Below are positions 30,012-39,924 of a DNA stretch of 51,279 bases, piece after piece. Source of the stretch: Candidatus Pacearchaeota archaeon. Its GTDB lineage: Archaea > Nanobdellota > Nanobdellia > Pacearchaeales > JAPDKA01. Both the position numbers and the translations under genes were made by a program. The stretch's first letter is position 1. Each line of letters starts with the position of its first letter. The DNA lies in contig JAWAZI010000006.1 in the NCBI GenBank assembly GCA_038817835.1, forward strand, positions 1-51,279, in the 5' to 3' direction. Below the pieces are notes generated by a model. That model did not search any database. It was not told the origin of the DNA and saw nothing but the letters and a program-made list of their open reading frames with translations.

Positions 30012-30343
30012 ATATTAATTTAATGAAAATAGCATTAATAGGAAGTATTATTGGTTTATTAATTTTGTTTTATTTTTCTAATTATTTCTTACCCAAAAAA
30101 ATATCTATAAAAGAAATAAATAAGAAGAATTTTGATGATTGGGTTATTGTTGAAGGAGAAATAAAAGATATAAAAAATGTAGAAGGGATAACATTATTAA
30201 ATTTATGTGATAATGATTGTATTACTGTCATAGTTTTTGATGAATTAAATTTAGAAGTTGGAGAAAAAATAAAAGTTATTGGAAAAATAAAAATTTATCA
30301 AGGAAAAAAAGAGATACAAGCTGAAAAAATAGAATATGTTTAA
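30008..30343 (+). CDS. Membrane-anchored OB-fold protein
   Basis: N-terminal TM helix; V.VEGEI...G.KIKVIGKIKIYQGKKEI OB pattern. Confidence 0.75.
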   Translation: MNINLMKIALIGSIIGLLILFYFSNYFLPKKISIKEINKKNFDDWVIVEGEIKDIKNVEGITLLNLCDNDCITVIVFDELNLEVGEKIKVIGKIKIYQGKKEIQAEKIEYV

Positions 30344-31514
30344 AATATTTTTTGCTTTAATATTAGGTGTACTAGCAGGAACAATAACAGGAATAATTCC
30401 GGGATTGCATATAAATTTAATTGCTGCTTTAGTTTTAACGATGCCAAAAATAGATATTATTTTTCTATTATGTTTTCTTGTTTCTATGGCAATAACTCAT
30501 ACTTTTATGGATTTTATTCCCTCAATTTTCTTAGGTTTACCAAAAGAAGATAATTTTCTTGCATTATTGCCTGGACATAGATTTCTAATTAAAGGTTATG
30601 GTTATGCTGCTGCTAAATTAACTTTAATAGGCTCTTTTTTTGGATGTATATTGGCTATAATTTTTTCCCCTTTTTATATGAAATTTATTTCTTTTTCCTG
30701 GATATTTTTAAAGAAAACTGTTCCTTTCTTCCTTTTATTTGTATCAATTTTTTTGATATTTAAAGAAAATAAAAAAATAATAGCTTTAATTGTTTTTTTA
30801 CTTTCAGGTATTTTAGGAATTTTAACATTAAACTTTAAATTAATAAGTCAACCTCTTTTGCCATTGTTTTCTGGATTATTTGGTTTACCATTGCTATTTT
30901 TAAGTATAAAAAATAAAATAAAAATAAAAAAACAAGAAATAAAAGAAATAAAAATAAAAAAACATGAATATATAAAATCTCTTTCAGCAGGATTAATAAG
31001 TTCTAGTTTAGTTTCAATTTATCCTTCATTAGGCCCAGGACAAGCTGCAATTATAGGGAGTGAAATGTTTGGAAAATTGAATACAAAATCTTTCTTAATT
31101 TTAGTTGGTTCAATAAATACTATTGTAATGATATTTAGTTTTGTTTCAGCATATGCAATAAAAAAAGGAAGAACTGGAATAGCTGCTACAATATTAAATA
31201 TATTAAGTGAAATTTCTTTAAAAGATTTAATTTTTATACTTATAGTTTCATTAATTGCTTCTTGTTTATGTGTTTTTATATTTATTCTTATTTCAAAATA
31301 TATTGCCAAAAACATAAATAAAATAAATTATTCAATATTATGCTTAATAGGAATTATTTGTATATTAGTTATAAATATATTAGTTTCAGGTGTAGCCAGT
31401 TTAATAGTATTATTTACAGGATTATTTATAGGTTTAATCGCTAATATAAAAGAAATAAGAAAAGTTCATTTAATGGGTTGCTTAGTTATACCGGTTTTGG
31501 GATTCTATTTTTAG
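30336..31514 (+). CDS. TctA-family (DUF112) membrane protein
   Basis: GTITGIIPGLHIN, DFIPSIFLG.P, LLPGH, PLFSGLFG; multiple TM helices. Confidence 0.85.
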   Translation: MFKIFFALILGVLAGTITGIIPGLHINLIAALVLTMPKIDIIFLLCFLVSMAITHTFMDFIPSIFLGLPKEDNFLALLPGHRFLIKGYGYAAAKLTLIGSFFGCILAIIFSPFYMKFISFSWIFLKKTVPFFLLFVSIFLIFKENKKIIALIVFLLSGILGILTLNFKLISQPLLPLFSGLFGLPLLFLSIKNKIKIKKQEIKEIKIKKHEYIKSLSAGLISSSLVSIYPSLGPGQAAIIGSEMFGKLNTKSFLILVGSINTIVMIFSFVSAYAIKKGRTGIAATILNILSEISLKDLIFILIVSLIASCLCVFIFILISKYIAKNINKINYSILCLIGIICILVINILVSGVASLIVLFTGLFIGLIANIKEIRKVHLMGCLVIPVLGFYF

Positions 31515-34500
31515 AACCATTTTTTAAGATTTGTTTGCTTATCTTCTTCTTTACCAAAAATAGTTTCTATATTTATTTTTATTAAATCTAAAGTTTGCTT
31601 TATATAATTTGAAACATTATATTTATTAGCTAAATCTAATGCTGGTTGCAAATATTTTTTTATTGTACCTTCTGCAATTGTAAAAATTATTCTTCCACCG
31701 CATCTCAAACATTTTCCAGATAGAGGGGGTCTTCTATATTTTTCATTACATTGAACACATCTAAATTCTTGGATTGAAAATTTTCTTAAATTTCCTCTAA
31801 TATCTCTAACAAAATGCCTTGTAATAATTAAACTTGCTAAATGAGATTCATCAACTGCTCTTATTTTTTCTCCTAATTCCATTTGTTTTTTTACTTTTTC
31901 TTCCATTGTTGGAATTTTTTTATATGCTGAACATTTATTACCTTTTATCTCGGAACATGGATGTGTAAAGTTTACTAAAAATGCATTATAGCTATCCAAA
32001 AATTTTTTTACTTGTGGTATATCAACTTCTGAAGGATCTTTAAATTGAAGTGTTGCCTCATAAAAAGATCTAGGAAATAAAGAAATATTTTCCATATCAA
32101 AAACCATATCATCAACTTCTTTTTGATTAATTATGATATTAGCTACAATGGGGCAATCTTGAACTACTCCTCTAGTAGATGGAATATAACTAATAGAAAA
32201 ATTTATTAATGCATCTAAAAGTAACATAAATCCCGCTTCATCACCATCACAATCTCTTCTTAATGCTGCATGTAAAAATGGATGTGCTAAAAAAGTTTGA
32301 GTATCACTAAAACCTATTATTCTAGCAACTGTTCCTGCAGCATTATGAGGAGCAATACACAAAATTAAATGACCAATTAAATCTTCTCTATTTTTAACAT
32401 TATAAAATGGTTTGATTTTATAAAATTTAACTAATAAATCATCTATAAAATTAGCTACTTTTACAAAAAACTTATCTGCTCTCTCGTCAAGACTTTCTTT
32501 AGATGCAGGTAAAATTACATCTTGTGGCATTAATGCTAATAATTGATCTTCATTCTCTAAAGGATTACCATATATATCATATTTATATCCTAGCTCTTTT
32601 AACTTTTCTATAGATGTTGATATTTCTCTTGCCTTAAAATGAGTAATTGGCAATTCTGTTGCATCATATCTTATTGTTCCATCTTTATTTACATTTAATC
32701 CATAAATAGCTCTTAATATTCCTTTAACTAAATTTTCAGGAATATGCTCCAAAGAGCTAGTTCCTCTAACACCTTTAATTAATTCTGGAATTTCTTCTTT
32801 CTTAAGATTTAATCTCTTTATCGCTCTATCAAAATAAAATTTAATATCTATTTTCTTCTTTCTATAACTTTTTAATTTTCCATGAATTTCACAAAAGTTT
32901 TTATCATAAATTTTTTTACAAATTTCACAATAATATTTTTTCTCTGTAGGTTTATTACATTTTTCACAAACTGGATAGATTGTTTCATATTTACAATTAC
33001 TACAATAAAAACAACAAAAATCTGCTAAAACAAAACCTTTCTCTAATGCTTCATTAATACTTCTTAATCTTCCACCTTGCTCTGATACTGGAAATAAACA
33101 ATTTGGTTGGCCTTTCATTACTCTTGGTTTAGCTTTTTCTGGTCTTCCCATCCTTGCACCAATGAATGTTCCACATTTATCTCTTATTTCAAATTCTGAA
33201 ACAGAATTTAGAAAATCTAAAACATCTTGTTTATTTATTTCTATATTAAAATTTTTTAATTTCAAATTTAATTCTTCGATATCATCATTTATATTTTCAC
33301 TTTTTATTATCCCTAAATTTAAAAGCAAACTTAGGGCATGTATTTTATCTATTATAATATTATCAGCAAAAACCATGTGCTGCAATCCTATAAGTTCTAA
33401 AGCTCTTTTAGCTTTTGCTATTTCTTCTCTCTTAAATTTTGGATATGGAAGTATAAGCTTAAAATCTTTATTAAAATAAGATTGCTTAACCCAATTATAA
33501 ATTTCTTTAAGTTGCTCTATATCTATTTCCTTCCAGAAAAATATATATTTTGGATATAATGGAAGATTAAATTTTTTACATAAATTTATAGCATCATAAA
33601 AAGATAAATTAAAATAATTATAATCTTTTTCAAGATTTTCTAAAATATTTTTTGCTTTGTTTTTTTCTGATTCATTAGAATTATTTATTATATTTATCAA
33701 TTTTTCTTTTAATTCACTAAACCACCATTCTTCAACATAAGGAGATGGCATTAAAGTATGATTTCTATTAAAAAAATCTCCATAACTAATTAATAAATCC
33801 CCTAAATAAATTATTTCTTTTACTAATTTTTTATATTTTAATGCATCTTCTATATTGTCTATCTTAACTACGCTATCGTCTAGTAATTTTACAATTGGTC
33901 CGTCTATATAATCGCTAACTGCCAAACTTGAAGATTTTCCTGGTCTTTCTGTTCTAAGTTGAGTACCTATAGCCAAAAAATCATCTATAATATATGTTAA
34001 TGCAGGATTTATTGCTGTAGCACTATAACCACTTATTCTTGTTCTTCCATAACGTAATCTAAAACCACCTCTTCTAGATGGATGACTCAATATAGGTCTA
34101 CCCGCTACAATATCTTTTATATAAGTTGCATCTTCTGCTATAATATTTTTTCCTCCAACTTCTTTTTTTAATTTTTTTAGAAATTCCCAATCTTTATAAA
34201 TATCTATTCCTTGTTGCTTTAGTTTTTCTATCTTTTTTATTATCTTTGATGCCTTTAAGCAAATTCCTTCAGCTACAACTAAACAAAATCCACTTCTTAT
34301 TCTATTTGTACTAACTCTATCTAAATCTTTATAGTTACTAACTTCAATTTCTTCTGATGGTTCTCCTTCAATTTGTACAGGAATATTTCTTATAACTACT
34401 GATATTTCATCTTCACTTGGTAAATATTGAAGATTAGTAACCCTTTCATGATAATCATAAATTTCAATTATGCTTCTTTTTATTTCTTCTTCTGTTGCAT

Positions 34501-35032
34501 CATATTTTGAATAACCAAAAAGGTTTCTAAGATAATCTATCATAACTACACAAAGAGATGCTGCTGTTCCTCCTGCAGATCTTATTGGCCCAGCAAAAAA
34601 AGCTGCTATATATTTTTTACCATCTCTTCTTTCTCTTTCTTCCAACTTAATAAATCCTTCTATAGGACTAGATACAATACCTAAAGTTATATATGCAAAC
34701 GCTGTTCTTATTCCTGCCTCCATAGCCTCAATTCTAGAGGAAAATTTACAAAATTTTTCTTCAGCTATTTCTCTTGCTATTTTTAATGCTACTGCTAATT
34801 CAAGATAACCATGTTCTTTCTCTAATTCTATTATTCTTTTTTTAATTAATTCGTTATTTAATTGTGGATAAAGTGATGAAACAAGACCTATTACTCTATC
34901 GTATAAGTTTTTTGTTAATTTTATTTCAACATTTTTAGATGGATCTAGTCCTTTCTCTCTTGCTTTCTTTGCTATTTCATAAGCTAAATTAACTTTCTCT
35001 TCTATATCTTTAAAATATTCGTCGAAATTCAT
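31511..35032 (-). CDS. polC: DNA polymerase D large subunit DP2
   Basis: AGPIRSAGGTA, GGFRLRYGR, IGARMGRPEKAK, catalytic RRDCDGDE, C-terminal Zn finger and PIP box QTNLKKWF; no intein apparent. Confidence 0.97.
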   Translation of the reverse strand: MNFDEYFKDIEEKVNLAYEIAKKAREKGLDPSKNVEIKLTKNLYDRVIGLVSSLYPQLNNELIKKRIIELEKEHGYLELAVALKIAREIAEEKFCKFSSRIEAMEAGIRTAFAYITLGIVSSPIEGFIKLEERERRDGKKYIAAFFAGPIRSAGGTAASLCVVMIDYLRNLFGYSKYDATEEEIKRSIIEIYDYHERVTNLQYLPSEDEISVVIRNIPVQIEGEPSEEIEVSNYKDLDRVSTNRIRSGFCLVVAEGICLKASKIIKKIEKLKQQGIDIYKDWEFLKKLKKEVGGKNIIAEDATYIKDIVAGRPILSHPSRRGGFRLRYGRTRISGYSATAINPALTYIIDDFLAIGTQLRTERPGKSSSLAVSDYIDGPIVKLLDDSVVKIDNIEDALKYKKLVKEIIYLGDLLISYGDFFNRNHTLMPSPYVEEWWFSELKEKLINIINNSNESEKNKAKNILENLEKDYNYFNLSFYDAINLCKKFNLPLYPKYIFFWKEIDIEQLKEIYNWVKQSYFNKDFKLILPYPKFKREEIAKAKRALELIGLQHMVFADNIIIDKIHALSLLLNLGIIKSENINDDIEELNLKLKNFNIEINKQDVLDFLNSVSEFEIRDKCGTFIGARMGRPEKAKPRVMKGQPNCLFPVSEQGGRLRSINEALEKGFVLADFCCFYCSNCKYETIYPVCEKCNKPTEKKYYCEICKKIYDKNFCEIHGKLKSYRKKKIDIKFYFDRAIKRLNLKKEEIPELIKGVRGTSSLEHIPENLVKGILRAIYGLNVNKDGTIRYDATELPITHFKAREISTSIEKLKELGYKYDIYGNPLENEDQLLALMPQDVILPASKESLDERADKFFVKVANFIDDLLVKFYKIKPFYNVKNREDLIGHLILCIAPHNAAGTVARIIGFSDTQTFLAHPFLHAALRRDCDGDEAGFMLLLDALINFSISYIPSTRGVVQDCPIVANIIINQKEVDDMVFDMENISLFPRSFYEATLQFKDPSEVDIPQVKKFLDSYNAFLVNFTHPCSEIKGNKCSAYKKIPTMEEKVKKQMELGEKIRAVDESHLASLIITRHFVRDIRGNLRKFSIQEFRCVQCNEKYRRPPLSGKCLRCGGRIIFTIAEGTIKKYLQPALDLANKYNVSNYIKQTLDLIKINIETIFGKEEDKQTNLKKWF

Positions 35033-35033
35033 C

Positions 35034-36515
35034 TTAATTAAATTCGAGAATTGCTATTTTTTTAGTTTTAGTATTAAATATAGGGACTCTACCTGGATCT
35101 GGCATATGGCCAAATTTCTCTTGAAATGCTGTTCTCGCTTGAAAACATGAAGTAGAAATTAATAAAATATTTTCATATTTTTTTATGCCTGTTTTATGAA
35201 CATGTGAAGTAACAAATATATCTGGAATTTTTTTTATTATTAAAAAATCTTCCTCACAGGGAAAATATAATGTAGATCCATGTGTAGGTGCTAAATGTCT
35301 TTTCTCTAATAAAAATTCAAGCAAAATTTCTGGATTCTCATATGGTTTCTTTTCTTTTAATGAATAAACATTATTAGCATAATAATCTAAACTATAACCA
35401 TGATAAAGTAATATTTGATAACCATAAACTAAAAAATATGAAGGATTTGGTAAAAATATTGCATTTTCTAACTTTTGAAGAGGAGATGCATAATTTGTGA
35501 AAATTTGTGGTTCAACAAGCCTACAAGCATCATGATTACCAGGAATAAAAACTAATTTCACATTTTCTCTTATTTCACTAAATATTTCTGCTGCAGCTTT
35601 ATATTGTTCTTTTATATCTTTAATAGATAACTCTTCTTCTTGACCAGGATAAATACCAACACCATCAACAATATCACCATTAACAAATATGTGGGTAATT
35701 TTTTTAGCCTTTTCATCATTTGAATTTACCCAATTTATAAATTTTCTAAAATTATTTTCTAAAAATTTCTCACTACCAATATGGATATCTGAAATGAAAA
35801 CAAGATTTTTATCTATATTTACTTTTTTATCATTTTGATTAATAGCTTTAGGAAAAATTATATCAGAAGCAAATATAAGATCTTTATTACCAAAACCTTT
35901 AACACCAATAACTTCATCTTCAACAACATATAAAGCTTTTTTATATGCTTTACTATTTTTATTAATTAAAACTTTTATATTTGCTCTGTTATCTTCTAAA
36001 GTTAGGATTATATTATTATTTTTGGTTATTTCTTTACTAAAAACAATACCTATAACTGAAACGTTTTGATTTTTCTTTGGTAATTTATCAATTGAAATAA
36101 GATTTTCTAATTCATTTCTATATTTTAATATCTCTTTAAAATAATTAAATCTGTTTCTAAAATATGAAATAAAATCATTAACTTCTATTTTTTTAGGCAT
36201 TAAAGTTTTATTTATTTCAAAATTAGTTTCAATACTTTCTGTAATTTCAATATCTTCTTCTATATTTAGAACTTTTTCTCTAAAATAAAAAATATCTGAT
36301 TCTTCAAATTTTTTTAAATTATTATATTTTTCCAGTAGCTTTAATAATTCTTTTTTATTTTTTTTAAAGAAATTTAAAGAAATAAGTTTTGGTGCTTTCA
36401 TATCAATTAACAAACTTAAAATAAGGTTAGGATTTATATCTTGGATAAAATTTATTAAATCTGGTTGGATAAGAAAATTATTCTTTATAAAAAAATTAGA
36501 TAAATTTGCAACCAT
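35034..36515 (-). CDS. polB: DNA polymerase D small subunit DP1 (proofreading exonuclease)
   Basis: OB fold; SDIHIGS, GDIVDGVGIYPGQ, PGNHD, YHG, RHLAPTHG, HVH. Confidence 0.95.
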   Translation of the reverse strand: MVANLSNFFIKNNFLIQPDLINFIQDINPNLILSLLIDMKAPKLISLNFFKKNKKELLKLLEKYNNLKKFEESDIFYFREKVLNIEEDIEITESIETNFEINKTLMPKKIEVNDFISYFRNRFNYFKEILKYRNELENLISIDKLPKKNQNVSVIGIVFSKEITKNNNIILTLEDNRANIKVLINKNSKAYKKALYVVEDEVIGVKGFGNKDLIFASDIIFPKAINQNDKKVNIDKNLVFISDIHIGSEKFLENNFRKFINWVNSNDEKAKKITHIFVNGDIVDGVGIYPGQEEELSIKDIKEQYKAAAEIFSEIRENVKLVFIPGNHDACRLVEPQIFTNYASPLQKLENAIFLPNPSYFLVYGYQILLYHGYSLDYYANNVYSLKEKKPYENPEILLEFLLEKRHLAPTHGSTLYFPCEEDFLIIKKIPDIFVTSHVHKTGIKKYENILLISTSCFQARTAFQEKFGHMPDPGRVPIFNTKTKKIAILEFN

Positions 36516-36516
36516 A

Positions 36517-37710
36517 TTAATATTCTATAATTTCTTTTATTTTTGATATCAAATTTGGAGCTAAATTAATTTTTATCTCTCTTGTTCTTCCATATCTGCC
36601 TTTATTTACAATTGTTGCATTTATCAAGCCAAGCATATCTAATTCTGCAATTATATCGCTTACTCTTCTCTGTGTTAATGGTTCTAATTTCAATGAAGAA
36701 GTTAGCTCTAGATATTTATTATAAACATCTCCTGTAAATATTTTGCTTTCTTTTGTTTTTTCTAATAAATTTATTATAGATAACAATATCAACTGATGAT
36801 GTCTTGGTTGAGTTTCAACCAAATCTAATATTTTATCTCTTTCTATTTTTTCTATAGCTTTATCAACATATTCTAAAGTTAATTTAGATTTTCCATCTCT
36901 TTCTGCAAGTTCTCCAGCTATCCTTAATAAATCTAAAGCCCTTCTTGCATCACCATGCTCCTTTGCTGCAATTGCTGCTATTTTTTCTATTATGGTGTCA
37001 TTAACAGCATTCTTCTTAAAAGCAAGTCTTGCTCTATCTCTCAATATATCTTGAAGTTGAAAAGCATTATATGGTGGAAAAACTAATTCCTCTTCACTAA
37101 GGCTACTCCTAACTCTAGGATCTAAATAATCAAGAAATGTTAAATCATTACTAATTCCTATTAATGAAATTTTTGAATTTGATAAAAAAGAATTTATTCT
37201 TGTGAAATTATATAAAAAATTATCAGATATTTTTTTAACTATTTCGTCTATTTCATCAAATATTATAATAACTAATAACTTTGATTCTTCTACTAAATCT
37301 ATAAATTTTTTATAAACAACATCAGTAGGTAAACCTGTTGCAGCTATAGAATGACCAAATTGATTTATTAATTCTGTAAGAATTCTATATTCTGTATCTG
37401 CAATTTTTTTTAATTTACAATTTATATAAATAGCTTTCAATGGTATATTAAGTTCTTGGGCTTTCTTTAATAATTGATTTATAACATATTTTACAACTAA
37501 TGTTTTCCCAGTTCCTGTTTTTCCATAAATAAAAAGATTACTAGGTTTTTCAAGCCTTAGAGCACATGCTAAAATTTTTGCTGTTTGTTTTATTTCATTT
37601 TCTCTATGAAATATATTCTCTGGAGTATAATCAATTTGTAGAACTTGTTTATTTTTAAATATTGTTTGTTTTATTATATTATCAAATAGTTTATCTAGAT
37701 TAGATGGCAT
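36517..37710 (-). CDS. cdc6: Orc1/Cdc6 replication initiator
   Basis: Walker A GKTGTGKT, YINC, Walker B FDEID, GDARRALDLLR, C-terminal wHTH with GRYGRT. Confidence 0.97.
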   Translation of the reverse strand: MPSNLDKLFDNIIKQTIFKNKQVLQIDYTPENIFHRENEIKQTAKILACALRLEKPSNLFIYGKTGTGKTLVVKYVINQLLKKAQELNIPLKAIYINCKLKKIADTEYRILTELINQFGHSIAATGLPTDVVYKKFIDLVEESKLLVIIIFDEIDEIVKKISDNFLYNFTRINSFLSNSKISLIGISNDLTFLDYLDPRVRSSLSEEELVFPPYNAFQLQDILRDRARLAFKKNAVNDTIIEKIAAIAAKEHGDARRALDLLRIAGELAERDGKSKLTLEYVDKAIEKIERDKILDLVETQPRHHQLILLSIINLLEKTKESKIFTGDVYNKYLELTSSLKLEPLTQRRVSDIIAELDMLGLINATIVNKGRYGRTREIKINLAPNLISKIKEIIEY

Positions 37711-38149
37711 AAAAAAACTTGTAAAATTATTTTAAAAATATTATTGAAATGAAAAATACATATTTTTACCTATATTTCTTTTGGAGATATCTATAAATTT
37801 TATCGAGGAAAAAAATTAAAAATAAAATTTTCCACAAGAAAATAACAACAGAGGTTATTTTCATTAGCTAACTAAAATAAACTCAAAAATGATCTACAGT
37901 TACACCTAATTTTCTCATGGAAAGATCTCTTTAATATGTTGTTTTATTTTTAATAAAGTTAAAAAAATAAAAGTTAAAAAATATTATAAAAAAATATATA
38001 TAATATAGTAAAGAAAAATTTTTAAAATATTTTTTAAAATTCAAAATAAAAATTTCAAATTAATATATATTTCCATATGAAATAATAGGGTGAGAATGTA
38101 TAAATAAAGTTATAGTAATGTTTATAAATAAAATTAATATTAGTTTAGC
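37711..38149. other. Probable chromosomal replication origin (oriC) with four ORB-like boxes and an AT-rich unwinding element
   Basis: 439-bp intergenic next to cdc6; TCCA-N3-GAAA..GG boxes at 37767-37787(-), 37829-37855(+), 37902-37923(-), 38070-38091(+); very AT-rich tract about 37930-38068. Confidence 0.8.
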
Positions 38150-38407
38150 ATGGAAAGAAAAATAGACCCAAAACAAATTGTTGGCATGAATGTGATGACA
38201 AAAAGCGGAAAAAAGTTAGGAGTATTAAGAGATTTTATATTTGATATAAAAAGTGGGGAAGTAATTCATATGGTATTGACAAATGTTACATCACATGCAA
38301 AAGACTTAAATTTAGAACAAACAAAGAACAATGAAGTATTAGTTCCATGGAACAGTTTACTATCAATAGAAGATGTTATAGTAGTGAATGATGAAGATTT
38401 GATATAA
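38150..38407 (+). CDS. PRC-barrel domain protein
   Basis: IVGMNVMTKSGKKLGVLRDFIFDIKSGEV...VPW..L.SIEDVIVV. Confidence 0.85.
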   Translation: MERKIDPKQIVGMNVMTKSGKKLGVLRDFIFDIKSGEVIHMVLTNVTSHAKDLNLEQTKNNEVLVPWNSLLSIEDVIVVNDEDLI

Positions 38408-38408
38408 T

Positions 38409-38786
38409 ATGCCTATAGTAGATGTAGTATTTGATAAAATCGAAGTAGAAAGAAAAAAAGAAATAAAACCATCTATAAAATTAAATATTTCTTTAACATT
38501 TAAAGATTTAATAGAAGAAAAAGAAATAGAAGATAAAAAATTTATTTCTTTTATTTTTGATTTTTTGATAGATTATGATAAAGAAGCAAAAGTATTTTTA
38601 GAAGGTAGAACAATTTATGTTGATAAAAAAGAAGAAATTGAAAAACTTATAAAGAATTGGAGAAAAGATAAAGAATTTATGAAAAAAATTTACAATTTTA
38701 CATTAACTAAATGTAATTTAAAAGCATTATTTATTGAGGATCAAGTTAATTTACCTTTACATATTCCTTTTCCTTCAATAAAATAA
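38409..38786 (+). CDS. Conserved archaeal hypothetical protein
   Basis: 125-aa ORF ending LPLHIPFPSIK, co-transcribed with the PRC-barrel gene. Confidence 0.7.
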   Translation: MPIVDVVFDKIEVERKKEIKPSIKLNISLTFKDLIEEKEIEDKKFISFIFDFLIDYDKEAKVFLEGRTIYVDKKEEIEKLIKNWRKDKEFMKKIYNFTLTKCNLKALFIEDQVNLPLHIPFPSIK

Positions 38787-39049
38787 TAAGTTTTTTTGCA
38801 ACAACATCAACAACATTCAAAAAGCAGACCAATCTTTTTATTAAAGCAATAAGTATGAAAAAATTAAAAAGAAAAGACACACTATTAAAAAGCAGCTAAT
38901 CTCTTTATTAAAACTTGGTTAACCACAACATTAACAATGTTTTTTATGAAGTTTTATAAATTACCAAGGATAAGATAGAGCTTATACTTTACAAAAACCA
39001 ATTAATTCTCAAGACAAAAAATAACAAATTTCAAAAAAAGATTAGTTTA

Positions 39050-39065
39050 ATAACAAAATAAAAAA
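39050..39065 (-). terminator. T-rich terminator after tRNA-Ser(CGA)
   Basis: Minus strand TTTTTTATTTTG immediately follows the tRNA 3' end. Confidence 0.5.
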
Positions 39066-39147
39066 CGCCTGGGGTAGGATTCGAACCTACACGGCAAAAG
39101 CCACCTGCTTTCGAGGCAGGCGCGTCTACCAGTTCCGCCACCCAGGC
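39066..39147 (-). tRNA. tRNA-Ser(CGA)
   Basis: Minus strand GCCTGGG...CCCAGGC-G; anticodon stem CCTGC/GCAGG with loop CT-CGA-AA; long variable arm; GTTCGAATC; no intron, CCA not encoded. Confidence 0.95.
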
Positions 39148-39875
39148 ACTATATTTTTAAGTTTTCCTAACCAATAAATTTTATCCCCAATAGCATAAAT
39201 ATCAAAATTTTCTATATTTTTTAAAAAAATTTCATCAAATTTATAATTACTTATATCTATACCTTCAACATAAAAAATAAAGCTAGGCATAATCATTATT
39301 TTTTTATTTTTCCATTTTCCTATTAACCAACATTTATATTTTTCAGTTTTTATACCTTCTCTTAATGATATTGCAGGATGAATATGTGCTAAAACAATTA
39401 TTTTTATTTTTTTATTTTTAATTATTTCATTATATATTTTATGTCCATGCATAAAACATATATTATTTACAATATAATAATCTAAAATCTTTAATCCTTT
39501 TCTTTTTGCTATTGGCTCTAAAATTGTATCATGATTTCCTTTTATTAATATAACTTTACTTTTCTTCATAATTATATCAATTATTTCATTAGTTTCTTTC
39601 CATTCTTGCTTACTAATTTCTCCAAACTCATGTTTCAAATCACCATTTATTAAAACAATCTTTGGTTTTAATTTATTAATTAAATTGATAATCTCTTCTT
39701 TCATTATCTTAAATTGTTTTTTTGGTAATAATATTCCTTGCTCAACAAGATATTCTTCATAACCAATATGTAAATCTGCAATTCCAAGTAGTTTTTGTTT
39801 TTTTAACCATATAGCTTTATCTATTAAAAATATATTTTTTTCTATTTCAAATTTTTCTAAATTTTTTAATTTCAT
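39126..39875 (-). CDS. Metallophosphoesterase (ICC-like; family often linked to Lhr)
   Basis: ADLHIGYE, NGDLKH, KGNHD, HGH, HIHP. Confidence 0.88.
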   Translation of the reverse strand: MKLKNLEKFEIEKNIFLIDKAIWLKKQKLLGIADLHIGYEEYLVEQGILLPKKQFKIMKEEIINLINKLKPKIVLINGDLKHEFGEISKQEWKETNEIIDIIMKKSKVILIKGNHDTILEPIAKRKGLKILDYYIVNNICFMHGHKIYNEIIKNKKIKIIVLAHIHPAISLREGIKTEKYKCWLIGKWKNKKIMIMPSFIFYVEGIDISNYKFDEIFLKNIENFDIYAIGDKIYWLGKLKNIVPGWRNW

Positions 39876-39924
39876 TAATTATTTAAACATTAAAATTTTT
39901 TAATTTTGTTTTTTATATTAATTA

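Noticed and set aside
1427-33479. Antisense or nested ORFs (1427, 4134, 6306, 6391, 7537, 8479, 10328, 13606, 16080, 17684, 18333, 19377, 21060, 24460, 27734, 31019, 33162)
   Set aside because: They lie within or mostly overlap well-supported genes and are low-complexity (mostly Phe/Ile/Leu/Ser-rich) shadows expected in AT-rich DNA.
31511-37710. Inteins in DP2 or Cdc6 (common insertion targets)
   Set aside because: Protein lengths are ordinary and no intein splice-junction or LAGLIDADG motifs were seen.
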